A stretch of DNA of 64,000 nucleotides from Phoronis australis. Lineage: Eukaryota > Animalia > Phoronida. The notes under the pieces were generated by a model that saw nothing but the letters and a program-made list of their open reading frames with translations, was not told where the DNA came from and ran no database searches. Of this stretch, positions 1 to 13,632 are shown in pieces (positions within the stretch are counted from its first letter, which is position 1; every line of letters begins with the position of its first letter). A program made the translations under genes and the position numbers. Where the stretch lies: positions 1,096,335 through 1,160,334 of the forward strand of contig NMRA01000039.1 of NCBI GenBank assembly GCA_002633005.1. The letters run 5' to 3'.

Positions 1-163
1 GTTTAATGAAGCCATCCAGCTCCTCGTGAATCGTTCTCACCGTCTCTGTTGCCGGGTCTGCCGACGGTTCGAAGAAGTCGTCCATGTTGATCTTCATTGT
101 GACCTTGGCCTTGTTTTTCTGCATCACATAGCCATGGCCCTGTTGGTAAGGCTTCAAGGTACC
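1..163 (-). CDS. Coding exon 5 (partial, runs off window) of uncharacterised minus-strand gene: GTLKPYQQGHGYVMQKNKAKVTMKINMDDFFEPSADPATETVRTIHEELDGFIK
   Basis: Acceptor ccttctcctcag| on the minus strand. Open phase-0 frame of 54 codons, GC-richer than the flanks, in frame with exon 3194-3244. Confidence 0.85.
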
Positions 164-457
164 CTGAGGAGAAGGTACACGCACATAATGAAAGCACACG
201 TTCAACTTAATTCCCCATTTTTACATCATTGATGCTTGATACGTGTGCGCTTTAAAATCGTTCATTTGGACTATGTTATTGTTTCACAACACGCCAGAAG
301 TTAAGCTAAACACGTTACAATTAAAGATATAAATATGAACACCCAAATTCTCAATGATTCTCATTGTCATAGATGTTGGCACATGGGTCTCATTACATAG
401 TGTGCTCTCAAAATGCAAGTGTGAGATAAGAACTATAGGATGTAGAACAGGCTGACA

Positions 458-603
458 GTGTTACGGGACTGACATGTGTTACGGGAGTGACATGTGTTAC
501 GGGAGTGACATGTGTTACGGGAGTGACATGTGTTACGGGAGTGACATGTGTTACGGGAGTGACATGTGTTACGGGAGTGACATGTGTTACGGGAGTGACA
601 TGT
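458..603. repeat. 18-bp minisatellite (gtgttacgggagtgacat) x8
   Basis: Eight near-identical tandem units read directly. Confidence 0.97.
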
Positions 604-1557
604 AAGTGCTGAGCGGAAGTGTATGGAGAGTTATAAAACCAGTAGGAGCAGATCATAGGTTATGTAGGACACCCAAAAATTACCAAATTAGGCTAAATTC
701 GCGACATCGTGTCTCAGAAGTGACGGATCCGATCCACATGAAACTTTCAGATGCCATGTTTTATGCTCTGTTCTCCAAAACGCTGCTAGGTATTGCTTTT
801 AAAACGTTCCACTTTTGCATGAGGTATTATCAAAAAAACAGGACTCAAAAGTTGTATATAACAAAAACGAAATGACAATTTAAAAGATTGCAACAGTGTT
901 TTTGAGATTTCATCTTGGACATGAACATCAAACGAAATTTGATTGTATTTTTCGTATTGTTGTTTGGCTATGACTGTACCTTTCTTTTTTGCTACATTTT
1001 ACTAAAACGACAAGACTATGGACTACGTGGCCCAAGTGAGTGCAGTTTGGTACAAAGCCAAAAATCAAAATCTGCAGACTTTCTACTTTTAGAAAATGTG
1101 TATTTTCACTGAGTTGAATTCTATGGCTTTGCATATATTTGGCTAGATGCATAAACTTGTCAAAATAATGTGAAGAAAATTGGTCACTGACTCTCAAAAA
1201 CTGCCCCAAGCAAAAGAGGAGTCCAATAGATGGCAACACTTTAAATACATTGAAGGTTCACTGTGAAATCTCAACAATTTAGGACAGTGAGGCAGACCAG
1301 AGGGATTTCATTTTTTTTTAAAAAGCTTTATCATTCTTACATTTTATGCCATAAGCTACCATCGGACAACATTTCAACAACACTGCGGGCATACACAACA
1401 ACGGTACAAGCCAAAAATGAACAAACCTATTTTCGCAATTATTTTAATCAAAACAGTAACATTGGGTACAAGTGGGACACACAGAAGGAATACCTAAAGC
1501 GTGCGGAACACAATTTGTGAGACTACTGATATGGAACTGGTGTTAGACCCACAGTTA

Positions 1558-2150
1558 CTGGAATTTTCCGTTGATAAGCCCACAAGATGAGTGGGTGTTT
1601 ATTTGGTGTTACAACTTCTGGCATCAAGTGTTCATTTATTTGGAAAATTTCCTCTTAAAAGCCTACTCAGCGTCAACTTTTTGACACAAATTCAATTATG
1701 TGGAGAGTTTATCATTGATAAAAATGAACAAGGTGTTGGCAAACTACACATTTATTAACATAAAATTCAAAAACAAAATTTTAAGTAAACAATGTGTAAA
1801 GTTACCAAAACTATGACTTTCCGATTACACGCCCCTTTTCCGAATAAACGCCCGGGTGTTTATTTGGTGTTACTAAAACGCTTTAAAATTTTCCGAATAA
1901 ACGCCCGGGTGTTCATTTGGTGTTACTAAAACGCTTTAAAATTTTCCGAATAAACGCCTGGGTGTTTATTTGGTGTTACTAAAACGCTTTAAAATTTTCC
2001 GAATAAACGCCCGGGTGTTTATTTGGTGTTACTAAAACGCTTTAAAATTTTCCGAATAAACGCCTGGGTGTTTATTTGGTGTTACTAAAACACTTTAAAA
2101 TTTTCATTTTCTGAATTCACACCCAAGGGCTTATCTACCGAAAATTCCGA
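1558..2150. mobile_element. TA-flanked MITE (Tc1/mariner-pogo-like termini) with an internal tandem array
   Basis: Left end TA|ctggaattttccgttgataagcc and right end ggcttatctaccgaaaattccga|TA are imperfect inverted repeats. Confidence 0.7.
1836..2104. repeat. 53-bp tandem repeat x5
   Basis: ccgaataaacgcc recurs at 1840, 1893, 1946, 1999 and 2052. Confidence 0.95.
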
Positions 2151-2550
2151 TATGCACTGAGCCCAATAATATCTATTAAACCTATTACGTACAAAAATCC
2201 AGACAAAAATACAACAACATTTTGATATACGCCACGTATTGTTATAAAATATGAAACTAAATTTACCATGCTTGAATAATCATCGCTAACAAGATTATTC
2301 GAGTTGCAAAATACGGTAATCCTTCACACATTTAGTACACAACATGGCTGAGAAGTGAAATTCTATTTCATCAAATTCCTCCACAACAATAAAGATCAAG
2401 AAATTTTTTAGTCTATTACTCAGAACGATTCCTACTGTGTAGATGTCATAAAACATCTTTTAGTAAATTTTCAATAACTTGCAGTAAGTAATCAGCCTTT
2501 CGAATAATGTAAAAGTTACCATTTTGGTAATTATTTTTGTGCGCAACAAT

Positions 2551-2586
2551 CAATCAATCAATATGTGATCACATATTGATTGATTG
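2551..2586. repeat. Perfect 36-bp palindrome
   Basis: caatcaatcaatatgtga|tcacatattgattgattg, no spacer. Confidence 0.9.
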
Positions 2587-3193
2587 TGTGCGGAGAATTA
2601 CCGTGCACAGCCTTATTCATGCTTGGACAATATTACTCAATCTTTAATTGACCTCCCTCTCCCCCCCATTCAAGGTTCCACCCTAAGCTTGCATAACCTT
2701 GTTAGCTGAATGAGGTAGATGTTGTTGTTTTAGCGCACTTGCGTGTACCGGGCAGGCGTGCTATGTCGTCACGCGTGGATTATGCGCTTATGGAAACAAG
2801 GCTTCACTTTGATCGAAGCTATTTTTGGGCCGGGAAGAACCAAGGTTTCACTATTGCTGGAGATTAGTATTTCCAAGAAGTTGGATTGACTAGGTTTTTG
2901 TGAAAAAAAATCGCCAGGGCAAGTTTAGACCAGTATTATAACATTAAGTTAATAAATGTAATTTTTACATTAGACACATGCACATAGAAGCTTAAAAGCA
3001 CTGATCTTATATAAGCCAAAACTTAGACTGCATCTAGGGTATATTGAGCTATGCCTGACTACCACACAAGTTTCTTTTGTAATTAGAAAGAAAAAACTAT
3101 CAGAGTGAATGGTTCATGGAATGGAAACATGCAGAGTGTAAGGTGGTCTGCACGAACCATGCAATGTGCAGGGTGCAGGAACGTGCAACAAAC

Positions 3194-3244
3194 CTCTTTG
3201 GTGACAAAGGTGATTGGTGGTGGAGCGGTTCTGGCATGGGTCGG
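3194..3244 (-). CDS. Coding exon 4 of minus-strand gene (51 nt): PTHARTAPPPITFVTKE
   Basis: Perfect TACTAAC branch point (3269-3263), acceptor cttag|, donor GAG|gtttgt. Phase 0/0 links the flanking exons in frame. Confidence 0.8.
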
Positions 3245-5004
3245 CTAAGTGCAGAACGAGCAGTTAGTAATTAGTTGTACACAGACATGTGACCACCATA
3301 AAATAAGTAAGCGTTAAATTATTGATACCATACTGATATCGTCATGATGTAAGACCGAGGCAAATGAAAATCACCGATGCAGGTAGAACACGCTGGCCAC
3401 CACGAGGCATGCTCAAATTATCAAATTCATTAGACGTAGTGAACAAAACACAATGTGCTTCATGACACATGTTCTGTAAAACTACCGTCCATTAACAAAT
3501 CCACTTACGGATGCTTAGTGCTAGAAAACTTTGTTCTTTACCGAACTTACAATGATTTTGAGTTTGCAAAAAATGAGTTAGATAGAGAGCCTGATCACAA
3601 AAATCATTCTGAAATGAGTACAAAACAAGTTGAGGTGAACTGTAGAGGCCTGAAATCATTCTTTACTAAAAAGCCAGTTTTATAACACTTGTAAACAAAA
3701 GTACCATTAACTTGAACGTGACAGTATCAATAACTATCAAAATGGTGGCTATTATATAAGCATTGTTCAAATGTTTTGCTGCCAAATGGCATTTTTATAA
3801 ATTAACGGAAACCATCTTTGTACGCTCGTCGAACAGAGGAGTCGTGACAAGGATGAATAGTTTGCAATGGCCGACTCGGCCACAGTCTGTGTTAACCAAG
3901 GGTGTAGTACTAGAAAAAATAGTTGAGAAATATTGAACACGAAAAAGAACCCAAGAAGTAAATACTGTCGGTATCGTAACAAGATATGATATTTCCATGG
4001 GAAAGCAACGTAAATTTACTTAATGAGACAATCCGCCATTGTTTAGCTGTTAATGTTGAATTCTTAACCGAAGTGCTTTGGAGTTAAAAAAAATCATCAC
4101 ATTTATCTGAAGCTGAATTGTTGCCAAATGAGCTGGCACTGCTCTAGTCACAGGCAAGGGGTGCATGCGCCAAGTTCAAATTGCCAATATTAGTGATGGC
4201 CAACGTCAACAAATTTTGAAGAGTAAGAGAGTCGATATGATGGTTTGATGCTCTTGTTCTTAACGGAAATCAAGTCGGGTCACAGGGAGGAATATTATGA
4301 GACAGATTTTATCAGCAATTTCTTGCAGCAAAATACTGAGGAAATGCAGTTTTCAATTAAGATCATAATATACCAGAAAGTAGAATTTTATTGAGAAGGA
4401 TGTTCCCTCGCCTGGCTGCAAAAAAGAATGAGATGCATATTCAACACTTCCTATTCTTCCTAATATACATGGATTGAGTTTTGGATCCGAAACAAACGAT
4501 ATTTTCTAAATGTACGCCTTCCAGTTTGTATGCAGAAAACCTCAATAGCACCGAGGGTAAATCACATTTGGCAGCAAGAGTTGGATAAAAACTGCAACAG
4601 TATTCATTGAACTGTTTTGATGAAAACATTGAGTGCAAATCCTGCATTAAACACTTAAAGGTTTATGTTATTACCGACAAATGAATAGGCATCTAAAGGT
4701 GAATGCTTTCAGCAATAAAAGTAAATGACAATTTAAAACACTTTCACACAATAGATCAGTTCACAATATTAACAACATACCATAGGTCTAGGTTGAATCT
4801 AACTGGAATTCTACAGTGGTGTAAAAAAGCAAAGAACCTGTTTGTTCCGAAATAAGCTAACATACATCTCCAATAAGAACTGGTAGAATAACGATGGTAC
4901 TTTAATCTGAAACAGGGCAGCAAACAATTAATGAAGCAACAAAAAATATTTTGACAAATAATTAACATGTGCATTGCTGTGCCTAATACTGCCATACAAC
5001 TTAC

Positions 5005-5113
5005 GTCCAGAGTCTGTTGCCATGGAGCTGTTTTTTTCTTCTGCAGCCTCAGGTGGCTTTCAAAGTTCTGCGTGCGTGTTGGTTCATGAGCCACCTTCAG
5101 TAAACGCCCACAT
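5005..5113 (-). CDS. Coding exon 3 of minus-strand gene (109 nt): (G)CGRLLKVAHEPTRTQNFESHLRLQKKKTAPWQQTLD
   Basis: Acceptor tttcag|, donor GAC|gtaagt, phase 2/0, open frame. Confidence 0.85.
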
Positions 5114-5831
5114 CTGAAATGCACACACAGTTCTTCAACACCTGGAACAAAATCTCAATGAGACAATAATTTCTAAATTATTAATTTAGCACAGATCTAG
5201 TTGCTAAAACTGCCATTTTTCGATTTTTTAAAAGTTGACTTACCTAGCGAAATTTTATTGACATTTATTTTAGTTATATACAGCACGAACTATCCAAATA
5301 ATAAGGTAGGGCTTTGTTTAGGTACATTTTTGTTGAGAAATATGCCAAGAAAATAAAATTCTACCATTGCCTCACATTGAATACTAAATAAGTTATCAAC
5401 TTGATGAGGAAATATCTACATCGAAAAGTTGCAAAGCATTTGTTGCACAAACTATGTTTCACCCGGCCCTCCAATAACTGCCAGTAGTGCTAAGCGAATT
5501 TAGTGCTCCTCAGAACAAAAAACTCAAACTCAATTGGAATTACAAAATTCATTTACGTGTTCGAAAGCCCATGCCCATACTGTGGGGAGTGTGCATGCAA
5601 AGTCTTGTAATAAAGGCACTCATCTGGCACAAAAATCCAAAATGTCCACATCTGCTAAAGAAAAGACCAATCTCCCAATACTTTAATCTCGCTGCATAGA
5701 TTTTCAAACTCATCACAACTTAGTCAAACTAGTCGACACAGTGATGAATCGAAACAGGTTGAAGAGAATACTGGACTGGCAGCTTCAATTTCCTCTCCAC
5801 ATTTTGTTAGCATGGGATTATCTGGGTTTAC

Positions 5832-5938
5832 ACAACAATAATAACAATGATAACAATAATAATAACAATAACAACACTAATAACAATAATAGCAATAAAG
5901 ATAATGACAATGATAATGATAGTAATGGTATAATAATT
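5832..5938. repeat. Imperfect (AAT/AAC/GAT)n microsatellite
   Basis: Trinucleotide run read directly. Confidence 0.9.
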
Positions 5939-8900
5939 TAAAATAAATGGCTGGTGAAACTAGATCTCAAAACATTTGAGTACCAGTGACCATTGCGATA
6001 ACAGAATTTGCTTCCAAAACATTGAGACCGAGACTGTTGGAAATGACAGCTTCCCTTAAATCACAATTTCAACTTGATGGCAAAGTAAGGCTGTGTTTCA
6101 GCTGCAGTAAATGCACACATATATCACGGGACCAGCTGGTTCACTCTATACGCAGTTAAACAGAATCAGTTTTGGGCAAAATCACTGAAACAGGATTTAG
6201 TATCTTTTTAAAATAATTAGGAGAGAAAAGCTAACATTATTTACGTTACTTTACTACAATACAATTTGTCAATAACCATTTTGGGGTTTATTTTATAACA
6301 ATACAATTTGCCACTTATCCTAGGCAAAATTATTCTAATGTTTGACACCAATCAATTATCCATGATGTTGCTGGTGTGGGCCTATTTCTAGTAGAGTTCC
6401 TTCATGCTACTTTACAGAACAAAAACAATTAAAAAACCGGATCTAAAATTAATGTAAACAAAGACGACAGAAACCTGAAGAACGCCAATGGAATGCAACT
6501 TTCGGAATATTGTAGGTGCAACAAACTGTTGCCTAGGAAACAGTAACTCATCTAGCATATCTAACAAGTCATGTTTTGCTCTTTCAAAAATAAAAATAAC
6601 ACAAGAAAGTCTCATTTCCCATTAAAATCACTTGCATCACAACGGTGTGCGCTACGTCGGCGGGTCAAAAATGGCCAAGTTGAAAGTAACACAAAATACA
6701 AAATAAGAATGACGTACTTTATTAAGCCAAATATACCATCTACTTTATTCCAACATCAGTATATCCATAAATGAAACCCGATGTTCCCAGTCATACTACT
6801 GAAACAGTGCTCTATGTAACTTTAAATCCTCCAATGAGGAAATTCACAGACAGTATATTAAATGATATTGTGAAGTAACTCATGGAATGTACATTTTAAC
6901 CAGAGCGTAAATAACAAAAACCTCTTGATCTAATTTATAACAGCAGAGAAAACATTTAGTTTGTTCTCTAACTACAGTTCGAGGTCTGTTCAATAGATGT
7001 TTTATGTTTAGAGGAAGTGGACTACCTTTCACCTACCAGGATTAGTAGGAGTTGGACTTGGATAAAAAGGTAAGACACACTTTTATGCTTTCTTTTGAGA
7101 TCATACAAGGGTCAACATAATTACAGTTTTTTTGAAAAGCATTCATTTTTGTGTACTTTTTGTTCAGATTGTGATCTATAGTAAAAAAATGTCTTTCTGT
7201 AAAATCTTTTGTACTTAAAATCGGAAAACCAACGCGTAACACCGTTATTTTTTCTACATGATGCCTATGGTGTGGAATTCACAACATTGTCTCAAAAATA
7301 TCAGGAAATATTGTAGTGACTAATGTCTAAAGGTCTTTTGTGCCAACATCGATGCGTTGATGTTTTGAGGAATGACGGTCAGCTTCGGTCTTAGCTACAA
7401 TGTAAGAACGCAAGTTAACTGTGCGGTAAATAGGTAGACTCAACTTGGTGGACCCAAGTTTGACAAATAATTCGACTGAAATTGGAAATAAGCAAAACTT
7501 TTCATACGTTACATTATGATCAAAACAAATCATGCTTTCGCATGCGTAACATTCTTGAAGCACCCTGTTGTGTTAACTGCGATGAGCCACGTATAGGACG
7601 GCGACAACTTCAGTGTCCAACTACTGAAGCCAGTCTGAAAGATTCAACCAACTTCACTGAGTCTACACTGATGCGCCACTCAATTCTTATACCATACCCA
7701 AAATCAGCAGAAGTTTGTTGACTCTGCCTCCTTCTTCTTCAGTGTAGGTGGCGCTGAGTGAACTATGCCATAATTACCCTTGGATGTGGTATAAGTACTG
7801 AGTAGCCTATATAATAATGCCGACATCCAGATGAGACTTCTTGGTCATTTACATTGATGCTCTTCTAATATGATGGTTAAGTTGGTTTGAAACTGCCCTG
7901 ATAATTTTATTTTGAAACGATTAGTGTTTCGCCTAACAAATTTATTTTAAGGAAATTTTAGGAGTTTTATACATCCTCAAATTTCAACTTCCTCAAATAA
8001 ATATGGCACATAAAATAGTAAAGTGTGTAATTCGCAGATAAGAGGCAAGAAATAAGCTGAAATATCTAACTGCGCAGTAAGATGTAACAAAATTTAGATA
8101 AAAATCCATACCCAATATGAGCGACTATGCCTGACATTTTCCTGATTTACACAACTGCACCGGCTGGATCTAGTTAATTTTTCTGCACTGAAATCTGACA
8201 GATAACGAAAACCATTTATCTTGTAGTCTATCGCGGCTATGTAGTTTTTTCCAACCCATCGCTGGCAAACTCTGGATCAATACGTATATGAGACTAAATG
8301 AGAGGAGAATTGTTGACCAACAGAACACGTCTATCATGCAAGTCACTGATACATAGTCTCTGTTCTTTCAGTCTCGAGTCGAGATCAGCCAAGCCCCGCG
8401 AGAACGGATATGTCACTCGACTATGATTCATATTTTGATGGTTACTATGAGGTAGGTCCTAGCTTGCTTATGTGAGTGAATAACATTCCTATCTCCTACA
8501 GAATAAACCACTCATATAAACGCGACACACATGCAAGCCCTCTAAGGCTCAATTACTACTCCTGTACAGGTCATTGCTTGCCTGGGTCACTGTTTGTTCA
8601 TTAGTCATGTTAAAAATTTCAATACTGTTAATTACAGAAGTTGGAGTGGTGTCTTTAGGTTCACTTGTTTTGAGGAATTAAAATTTGACCCAAGTCTTGA
8701 CATGAGACATGACGAATGTCGTGAGTATTGCGACGTGAAAGAGGATCATGGTCATGAATTAAATGTCTGTATTTGGGAGTAACTTCCAGTTAGACCTGTG
8801 ACATAGGTGAACTCCAAGCATCAGAAAAATCGCCAAAATTCAGCATGCTGCCCAGATACAATGTTAACTTGATATCTGAGCAGTTATCATCTTTTGTAGT

Positions 8901-11900
8901 GATCTATACTAACGAAATAAAATGTTAAAAAAATTTCAAACACAAGAACAGACACTGGTCTCTTACTCTAGTCAATATTGTCACACTACCAAATAGCAAA
9001 AAATCAGAATTGCATATTTGAAACTAAAATAAATGAAATCGCAGCCATTCATCTCTCTGTTGAATCAAATAATGAACTACAGTAAAAATTCTTCAGTTTG
9101 GGACACTCTAAACTTTGGGATAGCGAAATTCAAAGCAAAATTGAATTTTTCTTGCTTCTGAAAATTGGGACATGGGCGATTTTGGCATTCATAGTTCTCA
9201 CATATGGGACGCAGCACGTTTTGTATCAAAAGAGTCAGAGACTATTCGCAGTTGATAAAATCGTCAAAAACAGCCGATGATTAAACGTTTTCATGAGTTC
9301 CCATAGCGTGTAACATCTAGGTGAATGATCGCTGATTGTAATTAATAAATTTTGGACGGTCAGTATTGTCTATTACTAAAATTTGGCACAAACATTGACC
9401 TTGAGCAAAATAATTAAATTGTCTCAAACAGGATAATTTTCACTGTATTCCAAGCACAGCGTAAATGTATAATGCTTAGATCACGCCGTACTAAAACCGT
9501 CTTGGGGTTATGAATAACCCTGAAAAAAGCCAACATCTGGCTAACTTCGGAATATAATATCTCAGAAATAGCTGATCAGATTCAAATGAAACTTTCAAAT
9601 GCTAAGATTTATGTCCTTCTATTCAAAGAGCTGTTGGTAATTGTTTCTTGAATGTTTCACTCTTGTACAAGGTCCACAGTTGAATTCTACATGCTCTCTA
9701 AATACACAGGATATTGATAAGCTTAGTCATAGCATTAAATTCAGATGTACTATGCCAGGCATAATGTAATGTTTTTAAAGGATGCTGTACATTAACTCAG
9801 TTGGCCAGTTCATGCGAGTCTTTTGTGCAAATTTTCCGTATTTTTTCCAAAGTTTATCGCATGAAACTTTGTTCACTCAAATAAGAATTTTGCAGCAAAA
9901 ATTCTGCCAAAAACACTGCCATGAATGGGCCTTGGGATTAACTGCAATGTTACATTAATTTCCAAAACAACCACTGCGTAATGAAGTCTCTCCTGCTGAG
10001 ATCCGAGTCGCATTCAATTGTCTAGAATAAGTTGTGACAAACCTACAGCATTGCTGTTTGATATGCACAGATCAGGTAGATATAACGAAAGAGACGCTAC
10101 ACACGTGTCATTTGTTGTTTTCTACATTTTCTTGTTTTCTCACAGTACACCCCCCCCCCCCAACCCTGACCAGACGCCCCCCGGAGGTATTTTTCATTCT
10201 TCGACTACTACAAAAGTGGATAACCATGGGTGTCTAGACCGTGTGCCCAGCTTCTCCAGCACAAAACTTGTTTAGCTCATCAACACAATGAGGAATTCTG
10301 AAAGCCCCAACTATGGAGACCCTACTATAAAGCCCCTACTAAAGCCCCTCCTATATCAAAATATCTGTAGTTACTTCTAAAACAGATTAGCAGTCCAGTT
10401 ACATGAATGTTCTCCTGATGAGAAAGGCTGAGAGTCTAGTAGTTCAATCAAGTGGTGTTAACTATGTCAGAAGTGATACAACCAGCACTCCAGCACAAGT
10501 GGGGGATGCATAGGTGCAGGAAAGGTCAATGGGATAAAAATGTGCTCTGAAACCTTCTTCAAATTCCAACCCTTCTTAGTCTAGGGGAGTGTGACCTGAG
10601 TGGGATTAGACGCCAGAGTGTCAGCAAGAAGCAAGAGCAAACTAAGACAATGAGTAACTACAGCTGCATTGCATTCTATATTAACATTAGTTGCTGTGCT
10701 TGGTATCATACTAGACAATCTGAAGAATTTGAGATTCTTGAATATGGTAAATTACTCGTAATTTTACAGGGTGACAAAAGAAGAATTCTGCCACTCAATT
10801 TGGCAACGAAAACTTTTTTGCTTGGTTTTGAAGTTGATGGTCGTACTTTGGAGACTACATTTGTCATGGTATTTATGGGGTTAATTTAAGAGGTGAACAA
10901 TCACTAAAATAAGTATGAACTGTTACCAGAAAATGATTTAACAAAAATGTCTCTGTTCAAACGTGTTTCTGTTTTTTAATCGTTGGATAAAAACAAAGAT
11001 AATCAAAATTGTGTCATATTTCATTTTTAAAAGCTGAATTACTTAATTACAAGTGCTCAAAGTTGTCTCAAATGTTGTTTGACAACTGCACTATAAAATC
11101 AACGTTAACAAGGAAATATATTCTTTAATGAATACTGTATTCTAGTTGATCAATTTGATAAAGAGGAATTACGCTTTTCTCTCATATCCTCTCCCAAACT
11201 GATGAGTCTTAAAGCTTCAAAAATGCTTACAAATATTCTGAGATAGCAAATCAATCCCCAATTACAACAAAATATTCTAAAAATTTTTTGGTAGGGGTTT
11301 TATTTTCATTTCTCCAAGCATGGCACTCACTGCTGGTTCTGGTCTGATACTTGACCTACATAGCGTGCTTGTCAATGTATGACCTATATAACTTGGTTCA
11401 AGGACAAGCACTGGGACACCCCTGATTGATGAGCAATTATGTCAAGGAACTTGAATTCACAATGAACTTACTGTCATGGATTGTTTATACAAGTATTGTC
11501 ATGACTACAGTTTTCAGGACTCCTCTACTCCAGAAAGTATGCAAAACTGGTGACATCTTCATACACCAGCTGTTTGCTACTTCAACATATTTCAAGAATT
11601 AAAAAAGCAGTAAAAATAAAAAGCTGAATTTTGCTTTTCACCATGACAACACAAGCATGTAAATATAACAGGCCTTTTGTACAATCATGAAAATATCATA
11701 GCTTATGGTGGACAGCACCAGGAAACAAAAATGTAATTTCAATTTTTGGCATACACAAATGTGTTTTCAAAAATCCACCCGAATTTTTCAAAAACAAAAT
11801 AAAAATTTTTAGATTTATTTTTGAATTTCAGCAAGTAGCCTTCCAAAAATGCACTGAGAGGACTGTATGTGACAGTGTAGCATACAAACTTAAAGAAATC

Positions 11901-12157
11901 CGAACTACATGTGGAGAATTTCTCGCTTACACTGGTCACTGCTCGGATTCCCTAAGCCCCAGACAACTTTTATGAGGCCTAGTCAGCACGCCCTTTGTAT
12001 TGATGTAGATCTGAGCTAATGAAGTGGAAAGGTAATAGCTAGCACTACTTTCTTAACAATGGTGGCTGTTATTACATCCAAATTGTTTTTCTCTGGCATT
12101 TGCACAGAGTGGAGAGCAGTTTTAACTTCGTACATTTTAAATATTACAAAAAGACTA

Positions 12158-13632
12158 AAAAGAGCAACGCAGAGCGTTGAAATACGTCCACGAATGCATC
12201 GCAAATGGTGTGCTTTTAGAGTTGTTTATTTCTGTCATAAAAATGGCCACTAGACGGCACAAAAACATACAATCCATCCAAAAAGGGGAACATGTCATTG
12301 CTTCTTAAATAGAAAGCTATACACAAAATTTTATAGAAATCCATCATGGAACTTCAGAGAAACAAATGAAAACAGAATAAAGTGAAATTGGCACTAGGGG
12401 GCTCACTGTTCATTGGATCCGCCTGAAAGTCAGCTTTGTCTGTTGTTAGCTTCATATAAATACACTTAAAAATTAATTTTAATAAAGATCCTGCAGTGGG
12501 TGTAGGAGATACAGATGCCTGTATTCAAAATTTTATGAAAATCCATTGAGGACCTTTGAAGATACAGAGGTGAATGTAAAACTAAAATTGCCACCAGGGG
12601 GCACAACAGTAGTCAGATCCATCTGAAAATTGTCATTGTCTGTAAAATGTCAACATCATATAAACACACTTCTTAAATTTATTAAAGATCGTACAAATGG
12701 TTTAGGAGATACAGCCATGGGCGCAAAAAACGAAACTGCGACAAGGAGGTGCCACAGTAGTCGAAGTCATCAGAAAATCATCGTCACCCGTCCACTTCAT
12801 AGTAAAAACATACATGCCAATTTTCACAATTATCCTGAAAGTGGATTGGTTGATAGAGGGGTGGACGCCAAAAACAGTAAAAATGGCTACCAGGTGGCGC
12901 AAATTAGATCGAATCAATCTAAAAACGGAAAGATAACGTCACCTTACTAACAGAAGCCTATACATCAAATTTCATGAAAATAAATTGAGGACCTTTGGAG
13001 ATACAGAGGTAAACGTAAAAAAAATAAAATTGCCAACACCAGTAGTCAGAACTGTCCGAAAGTTGTTGTCCGTTGTCATCATCATATCAATGCATTTACT
13101 AAATATAGTAAAGACCCTGCAAATGGTTTAGGAGATATAGCAATAGACGCAAAAAAAAAAAACTGCCACTAGGGGGTGCCACAGTAGTCGAAGTCGTCGG
13201 AAAATTATCGTCAACTGTTCTCTCCATAGTAAGAACATACATGCCAATTTTCACAATCATGCTTTGAGCAGTTTGGTTGATAGAGGGGTGGACGCCAAAA
13301 AACAGACGCGAAAACAGCAAAACTGGCTACTAGGTGGCGCAAACTACGTCGAATCTATCCGAAAACGGGAGGATAACGCCGTCTTACTAATAGATGCCTA
13401 TAAACCAAATTTTGTGAAAATATGTTGAGGACCTTTGAAGATACAGAGGTAAACGTAAAAACCTAAAATTGCCACTAGGGGACACACCGGTAGTAGATCT
13501 GTCCGAATGTTCGCTCATGCCGTCCCATATATGAAAGAAACAAATGTGCAAAATTTTATGAACATACATCAATCGGTTTTGGAGACAAAGCAGCGGACGC
13601 CGGACGGACGGACGGAGATGACGGCATAAAAA
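12158..13632 (+). mobile_element. Non-autonomous Helentron-type (HINE/DINE-like) element with degenerate internal repeats
   Basis: Starts aagagcaacgcagagcgttgaaat. Contains recurring modules (gagatacagaggtaaacg...aaattgccactagggg...agtagtc) and a (GACG)n tract near the end. Homologous in reverse orientation to 42886-43835. Confidence 0.75.
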
